Positions 14,201 through 29,200 of a DNA stretch of 64,000 nt are shown here, piece after piece (positions within the stretch are counted from its first letter, which is position 1; each line of letters begins with the position of its first letter). Made by a program: the position numbers and the translations under genes. Source of the DNA: Nemertoderma westbladi (taxonomy: Eukaryota > Animalia > Xenacoelomorpha); the NCBI GenBank assembly GCA_032718475.1, contig JAUCBJ010004737.1, positions 1 to 64,000 on the forward strand, read 5' to 3'. Below the pieces are notes generated by a model that worked only from the letters and a program-made list of their open reading frames with translations, ran no database searches and was not told the origin of the DNA.

Positions 14201-17200
14201 AATTATGGAACACATTGGTTTGAATTATTTGGTTATCATTGGTTAGTATTTTCATTTTCTATAGAGAAGAAAACAATTTAATTAAGTTTAATTTATCTCC
14301 TAGAGTTGTAAGTAAAGTCTACCTTTCTACAGTTGAATGAGCAGCGGTGTTGACTATTGGGAATTAACATTTGAACTTGAATTTCTCGTTAAACCATATA
14401 CTATTGGTATATGGTTTAATATAATTAGTAAAATAATATTACCATTAATAAATAAAAACCATTAATAAAATATTTCTAGGAAAAGATAATAATTTTTAAA
14501 TATTAATAATAAAAGTATATATATATATAATATTTAGTATTTAATATATATTTAGTATATATATATATAATAAATAGTTATATATATATATATAGACGTA
14601 TATAAATGTAAAAACAAAAAATAAAATACCGACAAAAATAAATGAAATATCACAAATGAAATATCTGACATATCTGATATAAAAAAAGATTTATTTATTT
14701 TAATTGCTTGATATTGGTCTGTCAAAAATATACTTAATTATATATACCTATATATATATGTAGCTTATTAGTCCATGCAGCCCTTACCGTTGTATGATGA
14801 CCGTGTTCCCGACATTCAAATCGATGTACATGTGGTGGTGGAAGTTTCGGTAGGTTCTTTTTCTTGCTGGCGGGACGATCCAGATAGCAGACTGCTGCGA
14901 ATTCCATGAGACTCGCAAACACCATCATAAAACATCCCGCATAGTAAACGTCTATGGCCTGGGTGAGGTAAAATATATAAGAGTTTGTTGAGGTTGCCAT
15001 TCCATAATAAATTTTTGATGACATAATTATACAACAGTATTAGCGGCCAGACAATTTGAACATGATACAATGGTGTATTGGTATTTTATTGAACATTACT
15101 TCCTAGACAATAGATGTGAAACTTAAATAGACCTACCTTCATGTAAGATATCTTCGGCATTTTAGAATTAGTTGAGTTCATTGATGTTAACAAAGTCAAC
15201 ACGGCTGTAATGCCCAGTGAAGCTCTGGCTGGAACAGACTAAAATAAAAAACTTGGAATACATAACCTGAGTTGTGGACCTAAGCTATCAGAGACAAGTT
15301 ACGAGTACTGGTTATTATCCGGTTAAGAAGGAATGCAAGGTAGAATCATATAACTACTATTTATTAAATTAACAATTAATTAATACTTCTACACCACAAC
15401 TGAAACAATAATTATTATGTGCAAACAGTTTAAGTTATGTATAGAAGGTACTCAATAACATTTAAACATTTCACTATTTAACATTGACTTACCTGCTGAC
15501 CAACCCAAAACGAAACCCAACTGACAACAACCAGCAAAGTAGCTGGTACATACATTTGTATGATAAAATACAGTGTGTTCCTTTCGAATACAAACTTCGC
15601 AACGAGTGTGTGCCATATACCTGTGGAAGGAAAACAAATAAATAATAGCAATCTGTTATAGACATTCATATTCTTCACAAGCCACGTATGTACGGCACGT
15701 GCTCTATCAGCATTAAGCTCGTTCACTACCATGCTAGCCGCAGGTCATGCTCTCCAGAGATCACCTAGTACCTATGCGGGTCATCACTTCTCCAATGTAA
15801 GAAGAAGGGTGGTGGCTTGTGGCCTATTGCAGTAGGTGAGACCTTTAGGAGGCTTACCTCAAAATCCCTTGCTTCTGGAGTGGTCCCTGTTGCTACAGAG
15901 TACCTATCACCTCTCAAGATCGGAGTGAGAACCCCTATGAGGTGTAAGACATTAGTTAGAGCTGTCTCATCGACTCTAAATAACACCAATATCCCCGAGA
16001 CTCTAGGTGGGTTTTACGTGTAGGTGGATTTCAAGAATTATTTTATTTTCATCGATCATGCTAGCATGTTCCCCGAAATCCGCAAGGACATCCCATCGTT
16101 ATCTGCGTGGATGGAGTCCTGTTATGGGGAGCACGCGTACCCTCCTGTGGCTAGGAGTTAAGAAAATACTTAGCTGCAGTGGAGTTCAACAAGGTGACCC
16201 CCTTGGCCGCCTTTGATTTGCCATAACCATACAGCCACTAATGGCCATAAGAATCTGGGAATTGATATCCATCTTTCAGTTCTCTGAATATAAGGAAAAG
16301 AATAACAAGCGAATATCCTGAACTTCATTATTAATAAGCAAACGTTTCTGAATGGTACCGGTATGATGGTAGCATTTGTGGATATCCCGCTCTGACTTAT
16401 CGTGGGCATTAGAAATGACCGAAATAATAGGTCCTTCAATAGGTATAAACCATGGAAAATCATAGGTTTCGCCCCTCGTGGTGCTGACTGTCTAACTCAC
16501 TCCTACAGTCAATCACAGCCATTTCAAGTGGCCTAACTCTGTTAGGGTCTCCCATTGACCCACAACCATATGGCAATGAGGTTGTTTTGCAACAGGTAAG
16601 CAAAGTCAAGGATATCATTGCCCGATTGCTTGACTTAAAAAAGACTCCTAGATGGATGCTTCACTGTTACAGTTGTGACTGTCGCTTCTCAAGTTCGTGT
16701 TTGCACTCTGCTGCTGCCCCCCGAATTCAATCATGTCTGCTTCCTTTGAGTTTGACGCCACCATCCGGGAGGCCTTGTCAGATATAGTTTGTAATTCTCT
16801 ACCTTACTGGTCCTGGCTCAAAGCATCTCTTCCATCTTCAATGGGTGGCCTAGGACTACGTAAGGCTGCAAACCACGCCCCAGCAGCATAGGTTGCTTCA
16901 GCTCGCCAATCGCACTATTTAGTTAGCCGAATACTCGACCATCCCCCTACAGACCTACAACTTATTACAGCCATAGAAAGTCTTGCCTGTGCAGCAGAGA
17001 ACCCTGATTGGTCATCATCAGATAGGATTTTTTCCTCCTTTGATACAATTTGCACTCTCTCATGCCATTGACATGGCCAACCATCCATTTGATCTCTAGA
17101 GCTCCAAACACCTGTTCCATTGATCTGTGCACCCCTACCTCATTACCACACGCTGGAGATTGTCTAGGTGTCATCCCATCCGGTCCACTTGGCCTTCACA

Positions 17201-20200
17201 TGCCAGGTGGGGGTAGAGGCCTGAAAGTTGGGACTGCTTGCTTGAAAATTCATGTTAATGATTGTGGTTTGAATGATGGAAATTGGTCATCACCAAATTG
17301 GGATTTTGTGCTAGTTATATATTAAGTGTTGCATTAACTTGATGGCCAATGTGTATTTTGCAGCCGAATATTTGAGAAACTATTTTTCTTGTGAGCAAAC
17401 TTACATTGTACGAAGTCTAATATTCCACAACAAAAGTCTTTAGTTTAGCAGGCCTACCCTAAGTAAGTAAGGGGGTTAGGATAATTAGACAACAAACCTG
17501 TATTCAATGTTCGATTGATACTAAACTCCCAATGTTTAGTAAGTTCGAAGTTAGCAAGTTTGAAGTCGCTTTTAGTGACTGGGTTTGCCTGCTGTTGTCT
17601 TGTATAGTCATACCGTTGCCAGGAATAGTAGAGATTGCTTGTATCATACCCATCTGAAATTATGCAAGAAATTTGTGAAGTATCACTCAGCAGTAGTAGA
17701 GAGTTTATAACAAGCTAACAGTTTCCCGACTCACACACTGTCTGTCTATGCTTGAGGGGCTAAAGAGAGCCTGTAGCTAGTGCCACTGACAGAAAATTAC
17801 CTTTCCTTTTCGTAATTAAATAAGTAACACAGCAAAATATTTTCCTAATTATCCCTTGTTTATCGAAATCGAATAAATTAGTTATCTTTTCTTAATTAAT
17901 AATACCAGTATATTGATTCAAAATTAAAATTATTTTTTAAAAATTTGAATAAATTGTACTCACAACTAGCAATCCTTAGCTCGCATGCTTGTACATCAAA
18001 CGGGAAAAGTTCCAATTGCATTTGGCATTTCGAAGTAACGCTAGCCCTGTAAAAAAATTATCAACAATTTTGTAGTAAATACATTTTTAATTCAAGTCAA
18101 GCATAATGAAACAACTTATATAAAAAGATTGTTCAATAAGATATTGAAGAAGATATTGAAAAAAAAGTAATATTAAATTTAAATTGTCTTGTATCCCAAA
18201 GTGGAAAGACAATATTTTATTATGAATAAATATAGTTTTAGGTCTAGGTGGGGAGAGTAGTGGTCCATGCAGAATGGTTTAATTAAGGCATTGCTATTGC
18301 TGACTTTGCAAAGCTATGCCCAACAAAAGTTTTAATGATATGAAACCACTCTCATCCACTCTAAACACCAATAATAAATAAGAAACAATAAACCGGTCGT
18401 ATTTCTCTATGGGTGTAACTCTCCTGCCTAAATTAGTAGTTAGATTGTGGCCGTTATTATAGCGAGTGGTTAAAGTCGGTCAAGTACAGTAGGATTGAGC
18501 ACAGTGGCAGCAGATTATGGTATTGGCAGATGGGGGGGGGGGGGGGGGGGGGGCATGAGGACTTAAATTGCGGCGGACTATTGAGCGGCATACTTTCAAA
18601 CTGGAGTTCACCAGTTTGATCCCACGTGGATGTCATTGCCGACTTTGCAAAGCTGTGCAACAAAAGTTAGAAAATTGTATGACCATCACGTAATGCCATT
18701 TATATAGACACGGAAGAGAAGAGGATAAAATACTGGATAAAGGGAAATAGTAAAAGTAAGTAAAAATAGAGAAATTCTATCACAGATTGTCTAAAACTAT
18801 AATCAAATAAAAACAGCAAATAAAAATACTAATTGCAGGAGAAGAGGGAGCACTTACTTGAAACTCATTAAGATAGACCCCGAGGGCCTGATTACAAAAT
18901 ATATGTTTTCTGCAGTGACATCATGAACAAAACTATTCGTTTCAGATTGGAAGAAAGAATCAGGTCTCCAGATCTAGAAAATATGTTAATGCATGTTAAC
19001 TTATTAAACTAATTAGAACATTGTTATAATAAATGGTGAAGCTTCTCAGATTTGAATAATAATCAATTTTACTGAAGATATGATCATGTTTGTATAAAGA
19101 TATGTTTGTATACATGTATTTGCAAAAAAATGCAATAAAAATCCAATGTTAATCTAGACCCTTTTAGGCCATGAAAAAAGCGTTCCACCAGATAAAGACT
19201 GAGGAAGGACCAAATGCTGTTTTAGTATTGAGTAAAACTCTTAATAATAATCGTTTAAATTAAAAATCACTCAGATTCTACATTATGTTAATGATTTAAT
19301 AATAATATTATTATATAAACCTCCAAACAGAGGTAAATAATATAAGTAAGGTTATATTTAGCACAATAAATAAATAGTTAGGAGCGAGTAGTGAGACTGT
19401 GTTTGGAAAGAGCGGAGAGGGAAGGGCATAAGCTGCAAGTTAATGTGTGGTAGCAGTCAAAACAGGTTAGCGAACAATGGATGCACAAACAACTAGGCAT
19501 AAGTTTATGGAAAGGGCTAGAGTTCGAACATATTAAATAGTGATACCCATGTGAGGTGGCACGGGTAATTAAATGGCGGTTACGTTGCCCTAGGCATCGC
19601 CAAGTGTTATTGTAAAATGCCAGTCCTCGCGTATAGCCCTCCTCAGTAAAGTTCGATTCACGTTCCGCACGGAATTCTTTATATTGTACAATAATATTAT
19701 CGGATATGACTCCTGGAAACTTATGGAGAATATCTTCTGTGAGTGTTCACTTGTTAACAAGATGTAAGGCCATAGTTGAGGAAGCTGAAGTATGTAGACG
19801 TAACATGCATTTAATATATGTTATGTAGCTTTAACTTTATCAATGTCTTTTAAGTTTCTCAGTGATAAAAAGTTGCCAATTTCCCAGAATGGAATATAGA
19901 ATTATCAGTGCTATTTTGGCATGAAAAATTGTTAAGTCAGTTTCAACTGAAAGTAAATGTAAATTGATGATACATCCTATAGCGCTGTAGGCTTTTTACT
20001 TTTTCTTTAGTACATGACGTGATAAACAAATAGAAGGATGTAATATTATTCCGAAATATCTATATTCGGTTGCCATGGACACTGGGGAACCTCCGTAAGT
20101 AAAATTATCAAGTTGACATAGTCACCCAGCAATACAAAATTTAATCAGCTTTGTTTTCGCCATATTTACTGACATCCCATTATCTAGACACCATTGGTAC

Positions 20201-23200
20201 AAAATATCTAATGCTTGTTGAATATATTCTCTATCTTTAGAGTAAAAAACCAAATCATCCGCATAAAACAGGAAGTTTAGCATGGCCCCCAGTTGTCTTA
20301 ATCGGGTTGCTAAATCGGCTATGAATACAAACATGTTGGTGAAAAGCAGTCGCCCTGAAGAAAACCCCACAGCTGTATAATCATGTTTGATAGACAGGCC
20401 ATCGAACACACGAATTATGTTATTAAAAATGTCCTTTATGAGATTGAAAAGTTTGCCGTTTATGCCGAAAGTAAAGAGTTTGTATAAAAGAATGGATTGG
20501 CTCACCAGGTCGAACGCTTTCTTAAAGTCAATATATATGCAATGCATGTGATGGACGGTCTCGTTGCAGTGGTTGGAGCAAAGCACACCGAATAGTCCTA
20601 ATAGCATCCTGGGCGGATCAGCCGATAGTAAAACCGAATTGTTCCGGTGGAAGCAGACTAGAGATACGAAGATGCACATGCGAGTTTATGATGGAAGTTA
20701 GCAGCTTTAGAAGAATTGAAATCAATGCTATTCCATGATAATTGTTGGAATCTGTGATTGCGCCTTTCCCCTTAAATAAAATCATAATGACACTTTCTCT
20801 CCAGGCGTTCGGAATTTTTCCAATATGAAGGCAGGTGTTGTATAACAGTGTTAATAATGTAATAATATAATACGGGGCTAGTTGTTTAATGTGTTCGTAG
20901 TATATTCCATCGTTACCACAAGCTTTCTTATTTTTGGATTTGTTAATTGTCGAAGATACCTCTTCTTCTGTGAAAGGCTCATTGTACCAATTATCAGTAT
21001 TTCTTTTGGGCTCACACACTGTTGGATTCGGTGGGACATTTGGGACGATTGTTGGTTGACCAAGAAAAGAACTAAAGTGGGATTCTAGGGTATCTGCATC
21101 TATTGGAGCAATATTTGGTTTGCGTTTTTTCTGAAAACACCAGGTGTTTAGTTCCAAATTTTTAATCTTTATTAGATTTTTATATTGTTTTCTTGTAGAC
21201 CAATATGATTGCTTTTCCGATTCGCAATAGTTTCGAGTTTGTATTTCCTCCATCAAAGTTTGTTTTAAATTTACACACTCATCATCGAACCAAGGTTTAT
21301 TTGGATGTGAAATTTCTTTAGGTACAGTAGAGGCATTGACTGCAGCAGCTAGGAGGTTGGTAGCTTTATCAATGTCCATTCTTAATGCGGCCTCAAATTC
21401 CATTACATTTAGGAGAGAGACAAAAGTTTCTGGGACTAGTTTTTCGAGACAGTTTAGGTTTACTGCTGGTTGTTCGAGAATCCTCAGCATTGGGAGAGAT
21501 ATCTACTTCAATCGACACTGGCTGGTGCTTTCTGAGTGCACAACTTTGTACAATTGCAACAAGGGTGTTCTGAGGCACCCTGCCTGGAAACTTAACAAAT
21601 AATAAGTCTATAACGCTATCTCCCTGTGGAAAAATATATGTAGGAATATTTTATTTATTTATTTATTTAAACCAGACAATTATATCATAGGGATATTACG
21701 TCCATAACTACAGAACAGGTAATATTGTACACAAGCAGAGCACGACCCATTAAAAAGCGCAAAACAAAACACAGCACGTACTATATTGTATTGTAATATA
21801 TATTAGTAAAAGATAAAATATTAAAAAAAAAATCAAGAAATCGAAGGAGGAGCAAGGTACTCCGCAGGAGGTCGTGTTGCCAAGGAGCAAGAAGAGACCA
21901 AATCCAGAAAGTACGAAGAACTAGTAGACCGAGGATACCTCTTCGCACCAGTAGCCTTCGAAACCCTTGGCCGGCCAGGACCAGCAACAACCTCATTCCT
22001 GAAAGAGGTCGGCAGGAAGATTCGACAAGCAACACAGGAACCCCGGTCTCATCGATTCCTGCTGCAAAGACTCCTGATAGCCATCCTAATCGGCAACTTG
22101 GCCTCGATCCTAGGAACTGTAGACTCCACTAACAATAGCGGCCTCTTCGACATACTTGAAGAACATTAATAATTAATAATTATTCAACATAAATACAAAA
22201 CATTTAATTTAATTTAGTTTAAAATTGATTTATTTAATATTGTAGAAATTTTAACCAAAATTAAAACAACCACATTAAATATCGCTGTATAGGCCTACTG
22301 GTTGATAAAAGAAATCGAAGGATAAAAAAAAATGTGCACAGCATGTAATAATGTAGGCAGATTATATTATAAAAAATCAATTGTTTCACGAATCCGACTC
22401 GACCGAGAAGTTGCCACCGCTACAGCCTGTAATAAACTGTTATTTGACTCCTCCAGGCGGTTGAGTAAAGAAAATATTGCATTATACCTAATATGTATAA
22501 ATTTTGGCAAACCAAGTTGCCAAACATCAATGAGACACTATAGTCGTAACTATAACCAAAAAGAGTCTGCGTCTGGCTATGTTATTATAACCAACTCAGA
22601 ATTTATTGTATAGTATATGCCGAGACTGATATTGCGTCTGGACCATAATGCGTTACAATAAAATTGTGTGCAAATATCTGGATCTTTTAAGCTTATGAAC
22701 CCCATATTGTAAAGGTATTAGATAAATCCATACCGCGTGTACCAAAGTCTAAACGGCAATTAAAATCACCTCTATTCACGATTAGCAACACTTCGGACTC
22801 CAGGACAGAGCTACATTAAGCACCATACATATATCTTCAATTGAGTAATCTGGGTTAAAATACATCACAATAAAATAACCAATGACTGTTTTAACAATTA
22901 TGTAATTCTTACATTTATATTTACATGATGGGTTAAAAGCTGGTTTGTATAAAACCAGTAGTCCCCTAATTGGACGACCTTTTTCGGTTTTTCTGTTGGT
23001 TCATTAAAATGGTAATAGTCATGGATATCCAATGATGCATCCACATAAATAGTTTCAGTTAGTAGTAGAATGTCGGCATTCCGAAACAGTTCATTTGATG
23101 GTATGTGATCAATTAGAAACTGTAGACCTTCCACATTCCACAGCGTCACATTTACGCCCCTGTACAATTCGTCACTACGAACCCATTTGCGGTCCCAGAT

Positions 23201-26200
23201 CCGAGGCTGTAGTCTGAGTTCCTCTCATTCCTTGTTTGACAAAGTATAATTACGGATCGTGATACCTGTTTCCCATAGAGAAGGATCAGTTATAGCATCT
23301 AGGTTTTCCTAATCACAAACGATATGGAAGCTTTGGAATGATGAGTTACCATCTTTCAGCGTTAGTTGAATTACATCTCAAAAACGTACACCTTCTGCGC
23401 ATAAATAATCCATTACGTTGTCCCGAGTCGTAGATGTGACAAGGCGCCCAATATGGACATGGGCTAGTCCATTATTTGGATTTTCTCGATGGGTAGCTGC
23501 ACATAGGTGGGCCCCCGGATTTGTGGCCCGTAGTTAGTGGGGGCCTCAGTGAGGATGATATGCGAGCAGCAGTGCAGTCCCTGTTTGCAGAAGCTTGCAA
23601 ATGCAGATTCGAAACACTACATTCAGTATCGGTAGCGGTACAGGTAAGCAAATTATTCGATGGGCCGCTGGTGACAGCTCCACAGTCGGGGCCCCATTAC
23701 GAATTGCAAATTACAGTTTTGAAGTACATCAATCAGCTTGTTCTTGCTCGCAATTGCTTCCTTGTGAGCATCAACCACATTTTGTCTGGCCTCAGTGATA
23801 TTGCCCAAAGCACTGGTGTACGTGTACATCGCAGTTAGCGTAGATAGTAAATCTGTATCTGTTTCTCATTGTCATTAGAAACACTTTTCTTCCCTTTGAT
23901 TATACGAATTAGTGAGGAAATCTCACTTTGAACACTAACAAACTTGTCAGCCATATCAAAGAGCTATTGCAGTATTAAAAGGCAAGTTAGAACAGTTTAG
24001 CGTGCTGTTGGTATCGGTACCAGTATCCTGATCCCAGTAGGCAACAACTACTCTACTGTGCCTGTCTGATTGCGGAGGTGATCTATATAATATTATAATA
24101 ATATATATAATGATAATAATGATCTAATAATATATTAATTATACCCTACTTGTTTGACAACATCGTAAGATAAAGATATCATGAAGTTTTCATCGTTGCT
24201 TTTCATTAGATCCGAATATTGGAGACGGGTGTCATTCCAGTACTGGCGAAAATATAGTGTAAGACGGAAGCTCTGAAATAAGTCACAAAATAAATTAGAT
24301 ATGGTACATATCTAATGTACATATCATATATGGTAAATTAGATACGGGTTTCTATCAAAACAGCAATTATCCTAAACAATACTCTGGTAACTAAAAACAT
24401 TAAAATGGCATTAAAAAGAACAACCTCTGGAACATATTATCTATCCAGGTCATTCATTACACTTAACTCCAATATAGTTTTTTTTAATACTGATTTTTTC
24501 TTGTTGGTTAAACTTCCTACTGTATGTATGTATGTGAGCCGCCTCAAGAAATTCATGGGCTGTCCACCATGTTTATTCATTCCGTGAGGCTGCCAAAGTG
24601 TATGCAATGGCTGGTCCTCAAGGTGAAAGCAATGTTGTGGTATTTATAGACTGTGGAAACTTTTTAAGCATTTTTCTGAGGGAAGACCAGACTATGGATA
24701 TTATTGCATCCCATGTGGTGCGTGATTGTGAAATCTTGTCGGCGAGGTGGATCTTTGATGCTCTCGGTATTCACATTGATTGTAGGAGGCAGCTGGCAGC
24801 CTCATCGATTTCACATTATTTTCATGAAAGGACATTCACAGCACGAGTCATATGTATAAGCCCAGTGTCCGTGATCTTTATGATTTTGCTAAGAAATTGA
24901 TGTATCCTACTTCAGTCAGCAGACTTTACCACTCATGATAAATGATGCAGTACTCCCACCCCATAATTCTCCATGATACTTAAAATGAGAGACAGTTAGA
25001 GATCATCCTACTGGAAAGATGACCTACTGCTTGCGCTTGCCAGTATTTCACTATCCTGCCGACTCTGAGATATTGGAGATGCAAATGGAAGTGCCTCATA
25101 ATGTTTACTGGGATTAATAGAACATTGAATATAAGGAAACACTAGACACATGATTTAAATTCATCAGTGATACATACATCATTCATTCATTCAGAGTGTT
25201 ACATTCTCAGATAGGGGGGGACTTTTGACGCAATAAAAATTCATCGCCCTCTAGGGGATATTCGACACCATTCGATTATTCATGACCAAATTGTCCGGAC
25301 CGAATTATCCAGGACCGAATTCTCTGGGACAGAAATAAATTAAGCTATTATATTCTATTAGCAATTATCAACCTTATTCTAACTATTGTAATTGGTAGCA
25401 AAAATGCAAACAGTCGGCCGAAGCCAAGGCTCTTCTTTTGATAGCTTCTACCCGAGGGTAGGTGTTGGGCTCAACTCCTATATGTTACCTAAAGGTAAGG
25501 TAGGGTGGGTGCTACTCCTATCTGCTACCTGAGGGTCGGGGTGGGCGCTACTCCTTCCTAGTATGTGCTCCCAGTTATTAACTGGTACTCATTTTATCGA
25601 CCCTAGCTAGTGGATGAAAGGCTGAGTGTACCCTGGCGGGGCTGAACCTACAACCATTAGATTGCAGGGCCAGCGCTCAACTGAGCTACCCCGCCTTAAT
25701 TACATATTAGCATTGTAATTGGTAATATATAATAATATAAACAAATGACAATTTTATTTCTAGGGGCCCTACTTAGGTTAAGACAATTGTTCTAATAGTG
25801 CGATTTTTAATAATTAATGTAGCAGTTGTATTGTAGTTGTTATAGCAATCTGAAAACTATTCCATTTGAATAATTGTTAATTTTCCAATTTTTGCAAATT
25901 ACTGGTTGCTTTTTATTTTATTATTTTCAAAGCTATCTTTAAACAGAATTCGCCGTTAATTTATTTCTGTTGGATATTTATTTTGCATATTTATACCTTT
26001 GGTGGGTTGTTTATCACGATTTGTCTGCATCAAGCGACCATGCAATGCCACTGTTAGAGTACACGAATCCATCATTAGGAAGGTTAAGGTGTACGTTGGA
26101 ACCCACCAATGTTGCCACCTGATCTTGGTCTGGCCGTTGCCCATGCTATTAAGAGTGCCATACGGGAAAGTACCATGTCTTCAAAGGGGATGTCAACCCA

Positions 26201-29200
26201 TCAAAATATATCTTCAGCAGTAGCGTCAGTCTCGAACGAAGCTGCTGCTCCGTTTCTCCCATCTGCCGATAATTTGAAGAGGAACATTCGCAGTTTGAAA
26301 GCTGGTAATGGAGACCACGAGCCTGCTCCCTCGACTTCAGACTTTGATATTGCTAAGCGTTATCAGGTTGCTTCCGATGGTTGTCCTTTTTTAAGATATA
26401 ACAGTGTCTTAATTAATTGTGTTAAAGATGACACAGATGCACGCGTATTGGTCTATGGTTCTGATGCAGGCCTTGGTGTGCTTAAATCCAGTGATCATTG
26501 GTTTGGTAATGGTACCTTCAAGATCACACCAGAAATGTTTTACCAAGTGTATACGATACAAGCGGGATGTAGTAACAGGGACACTCTATGGTGTCTATGC
26601 TGTTTTACCTGGTTAATCCCAATTTGCGTATGGCTATCTGTTCAGTTTCCTAGCCGAACAAATAACTGGAGATCCGCCTTTGTCGATTACTATTGACTAT
26701 GAATCTGCAGTTCGCAACAGCATTGATACATATTTCCCTTCTACGGAGGTTTCCTATTGTTATTTCCACTATGCAATGAACGTGTACAAAAGAGCATGTA
26801 ACTTGGGTTTAAAGGAGAAATATTATGAAGGTGGTGCTGTCTGGCTAGGTGTGTGAGTGCTAACTTCATTAGCATTTCTGCCCGAAGATGACATTTGTTG
26901 CGGTTGTGACTTACTCCTCGATTCTGCTCTATATCGTTTAGTCAAGCCTGTTGGCATCTACATTGAAGAAACCTATGTTGGTAAACGGCTTCACCATGGT
27001 TGTAAACATCCTCTGTTTATCAGAGATCATTGGTCAGTGCACCAGAGGGTCCTGGAAGGTTTGGCACGTACTAACAACTTGTCAGAGGCATACAATAAGA
27101 AGTTAATGGCCATTATACAAGAAGCCCACCCGATGATATGGAAATTCGTAGAAGCACTAAAGCGGGAGGAGGCACTAACACAGATGTAGATGAGACATTG
27201 TTCATTGGGAGGTCCTCCACCAAAAAGGCGAAATATATACATAAACCAAGATGCTCGTATTCTTAAAGCTGTTGAGAGCTACAACTAAGTTGACGATATC
27301 CTGAAATATTTGAAGGACATTTCCTATATAATGCAATTTTAATTGCATTAACTAGAATATTATGCCTGCACAACTGCAAAGATTAACTTTATAACTCAAA
27401 GCAATTTAAAAAATTCAATGTATTGTAGCTTTATTCTTTGATTTATTCATTAATATAAGCAAAATATGTAGCTATATATTTGCAATTCAATATTCCTAGA
27501 ATTTTTTTTAGACCGAATTATGTTTGTTTCAAGAACCAGACAATTCGGTTCCGGACAATTCGGTCCTTGGGCAATTCGGTCCTAGGACAATTCGGTCCCG
27601 GACAGTTCGGTCCCATTTATTTGGTGTTATGGGACCGAATTGTCCGGGACCGAATTGTCCTACATCCTATGCGCCCCCCCCCCCCCCCCTGTCTCTATAT
27701 TCTGGTAACTAACTACTCTGTATCAAAATATTATTTATAAACATATTTCCTTACCATGTCTCCTTCAGAAACTGGACCGATATTGTTGATATGCATGGTG
27801 GCATCAATCTTTAATGGTTCCACACCAGCTTTCGGCCGAATTCTTCTGTCATACCTTAAAATGTAGCAGAATTTACTTTTACATTTACTTTTTATTATTA
27901 CCTTTAATCTTATTGGCTTTAAAAATGGTATATATTGAACGATATATTAAATTTACTATCACTATATTTGAGATCCTTTAGCAGAGTAAAGTGCACTTCG
28001 GGGTCATTTTCCAGGTTTTGGATAGGAATAATATTTCAGACATAGCACTAATTGTGATTGTAATTTGTCTGCTTAGACGACTGTGTATTACATTAGACGG
28101 GAAGCAGTTTGTTTGATTGATGCAAGTCATTCTTGGTTTGCGATTCCCATATGCTCAACCTAGTACTATGCTTGACTTACCAATCTGCTTAATAGTTAAC
28201 TTCCCTTCCCATTGCCAAGCCACCCTGAAAGCAAACCAGCAACCTTAAAATTCAATTTAGTGGACAGAATCCATATTAGTAAGCGTAACCCTATAAATCC
28301 CAGACAGGCCCTGTGATAAAATGTGAAGTTAATTAACTTACATAATGTTAATAAACCTCATAACCAACTCGTGTATTTCCAGAATGTAGTACACAGTATT
28401 GCACTACTCACTACCCTTAACCAGACCCCACCCTCCTAAAATACATCCTTTATAATTCTGAACTATACTAGTAATCTCCATAGTTACTTTTCGATGGGTC
28501 CCAGCTTCAAATAGATAGCATAACTCCGATTCTTCTGAAACGTGTTATTAGAGGTTCCAAATTTGTTGGAATAAAACCCTAGACTAGACATTTCAAACTT
28601 GTGAGCAGTAAATCAAGATCTGCTTTAGATTGTCTTCGTGCCTATAATAATTTGGTTCAGAAACAATTTCATTTCAAATATGATGAGAACTATAACGTTT
28701 AAGGTAAGTTAACCTACCGATCCTCGTTTAGTATAGTGGCTAGTATTTGTGATTGATCGTCGATCATTTTATTATCCATCACCGTAGAGGATTCGACCTC
28801 AGCATATGTTGTTTGCATCGACCGGTCGTCCTCATCCTGCAACGCCATACGGGGCAACTCGGTCCTCGGGTTCATCAATGGTATGTCAAGGGAGTTCGAC
28901 AGTCCACTGTCACTCAAATCGGCTTTGGAAACCAATATAACCTAATAATAAAGAAAATATGTAATGTATTTACAGCAGTTATTATATAGCAGTTGGTATA
29001 TTCTGTATATATTATATACAATTTATATAAAAAATTGCAAAATTATAACTGTAGGGATGTGAGAACCAGTTGTATACAATAAAGAATATTGGATTAAATA
29101 AAAATCAACTGACGTTCAATCTTTAAAAAATGTTTTTATAGTTTATGAGCTTTCGATAATTATCTCTATCTTTTTCAAATAATTTTTTTTATTTTTATTT

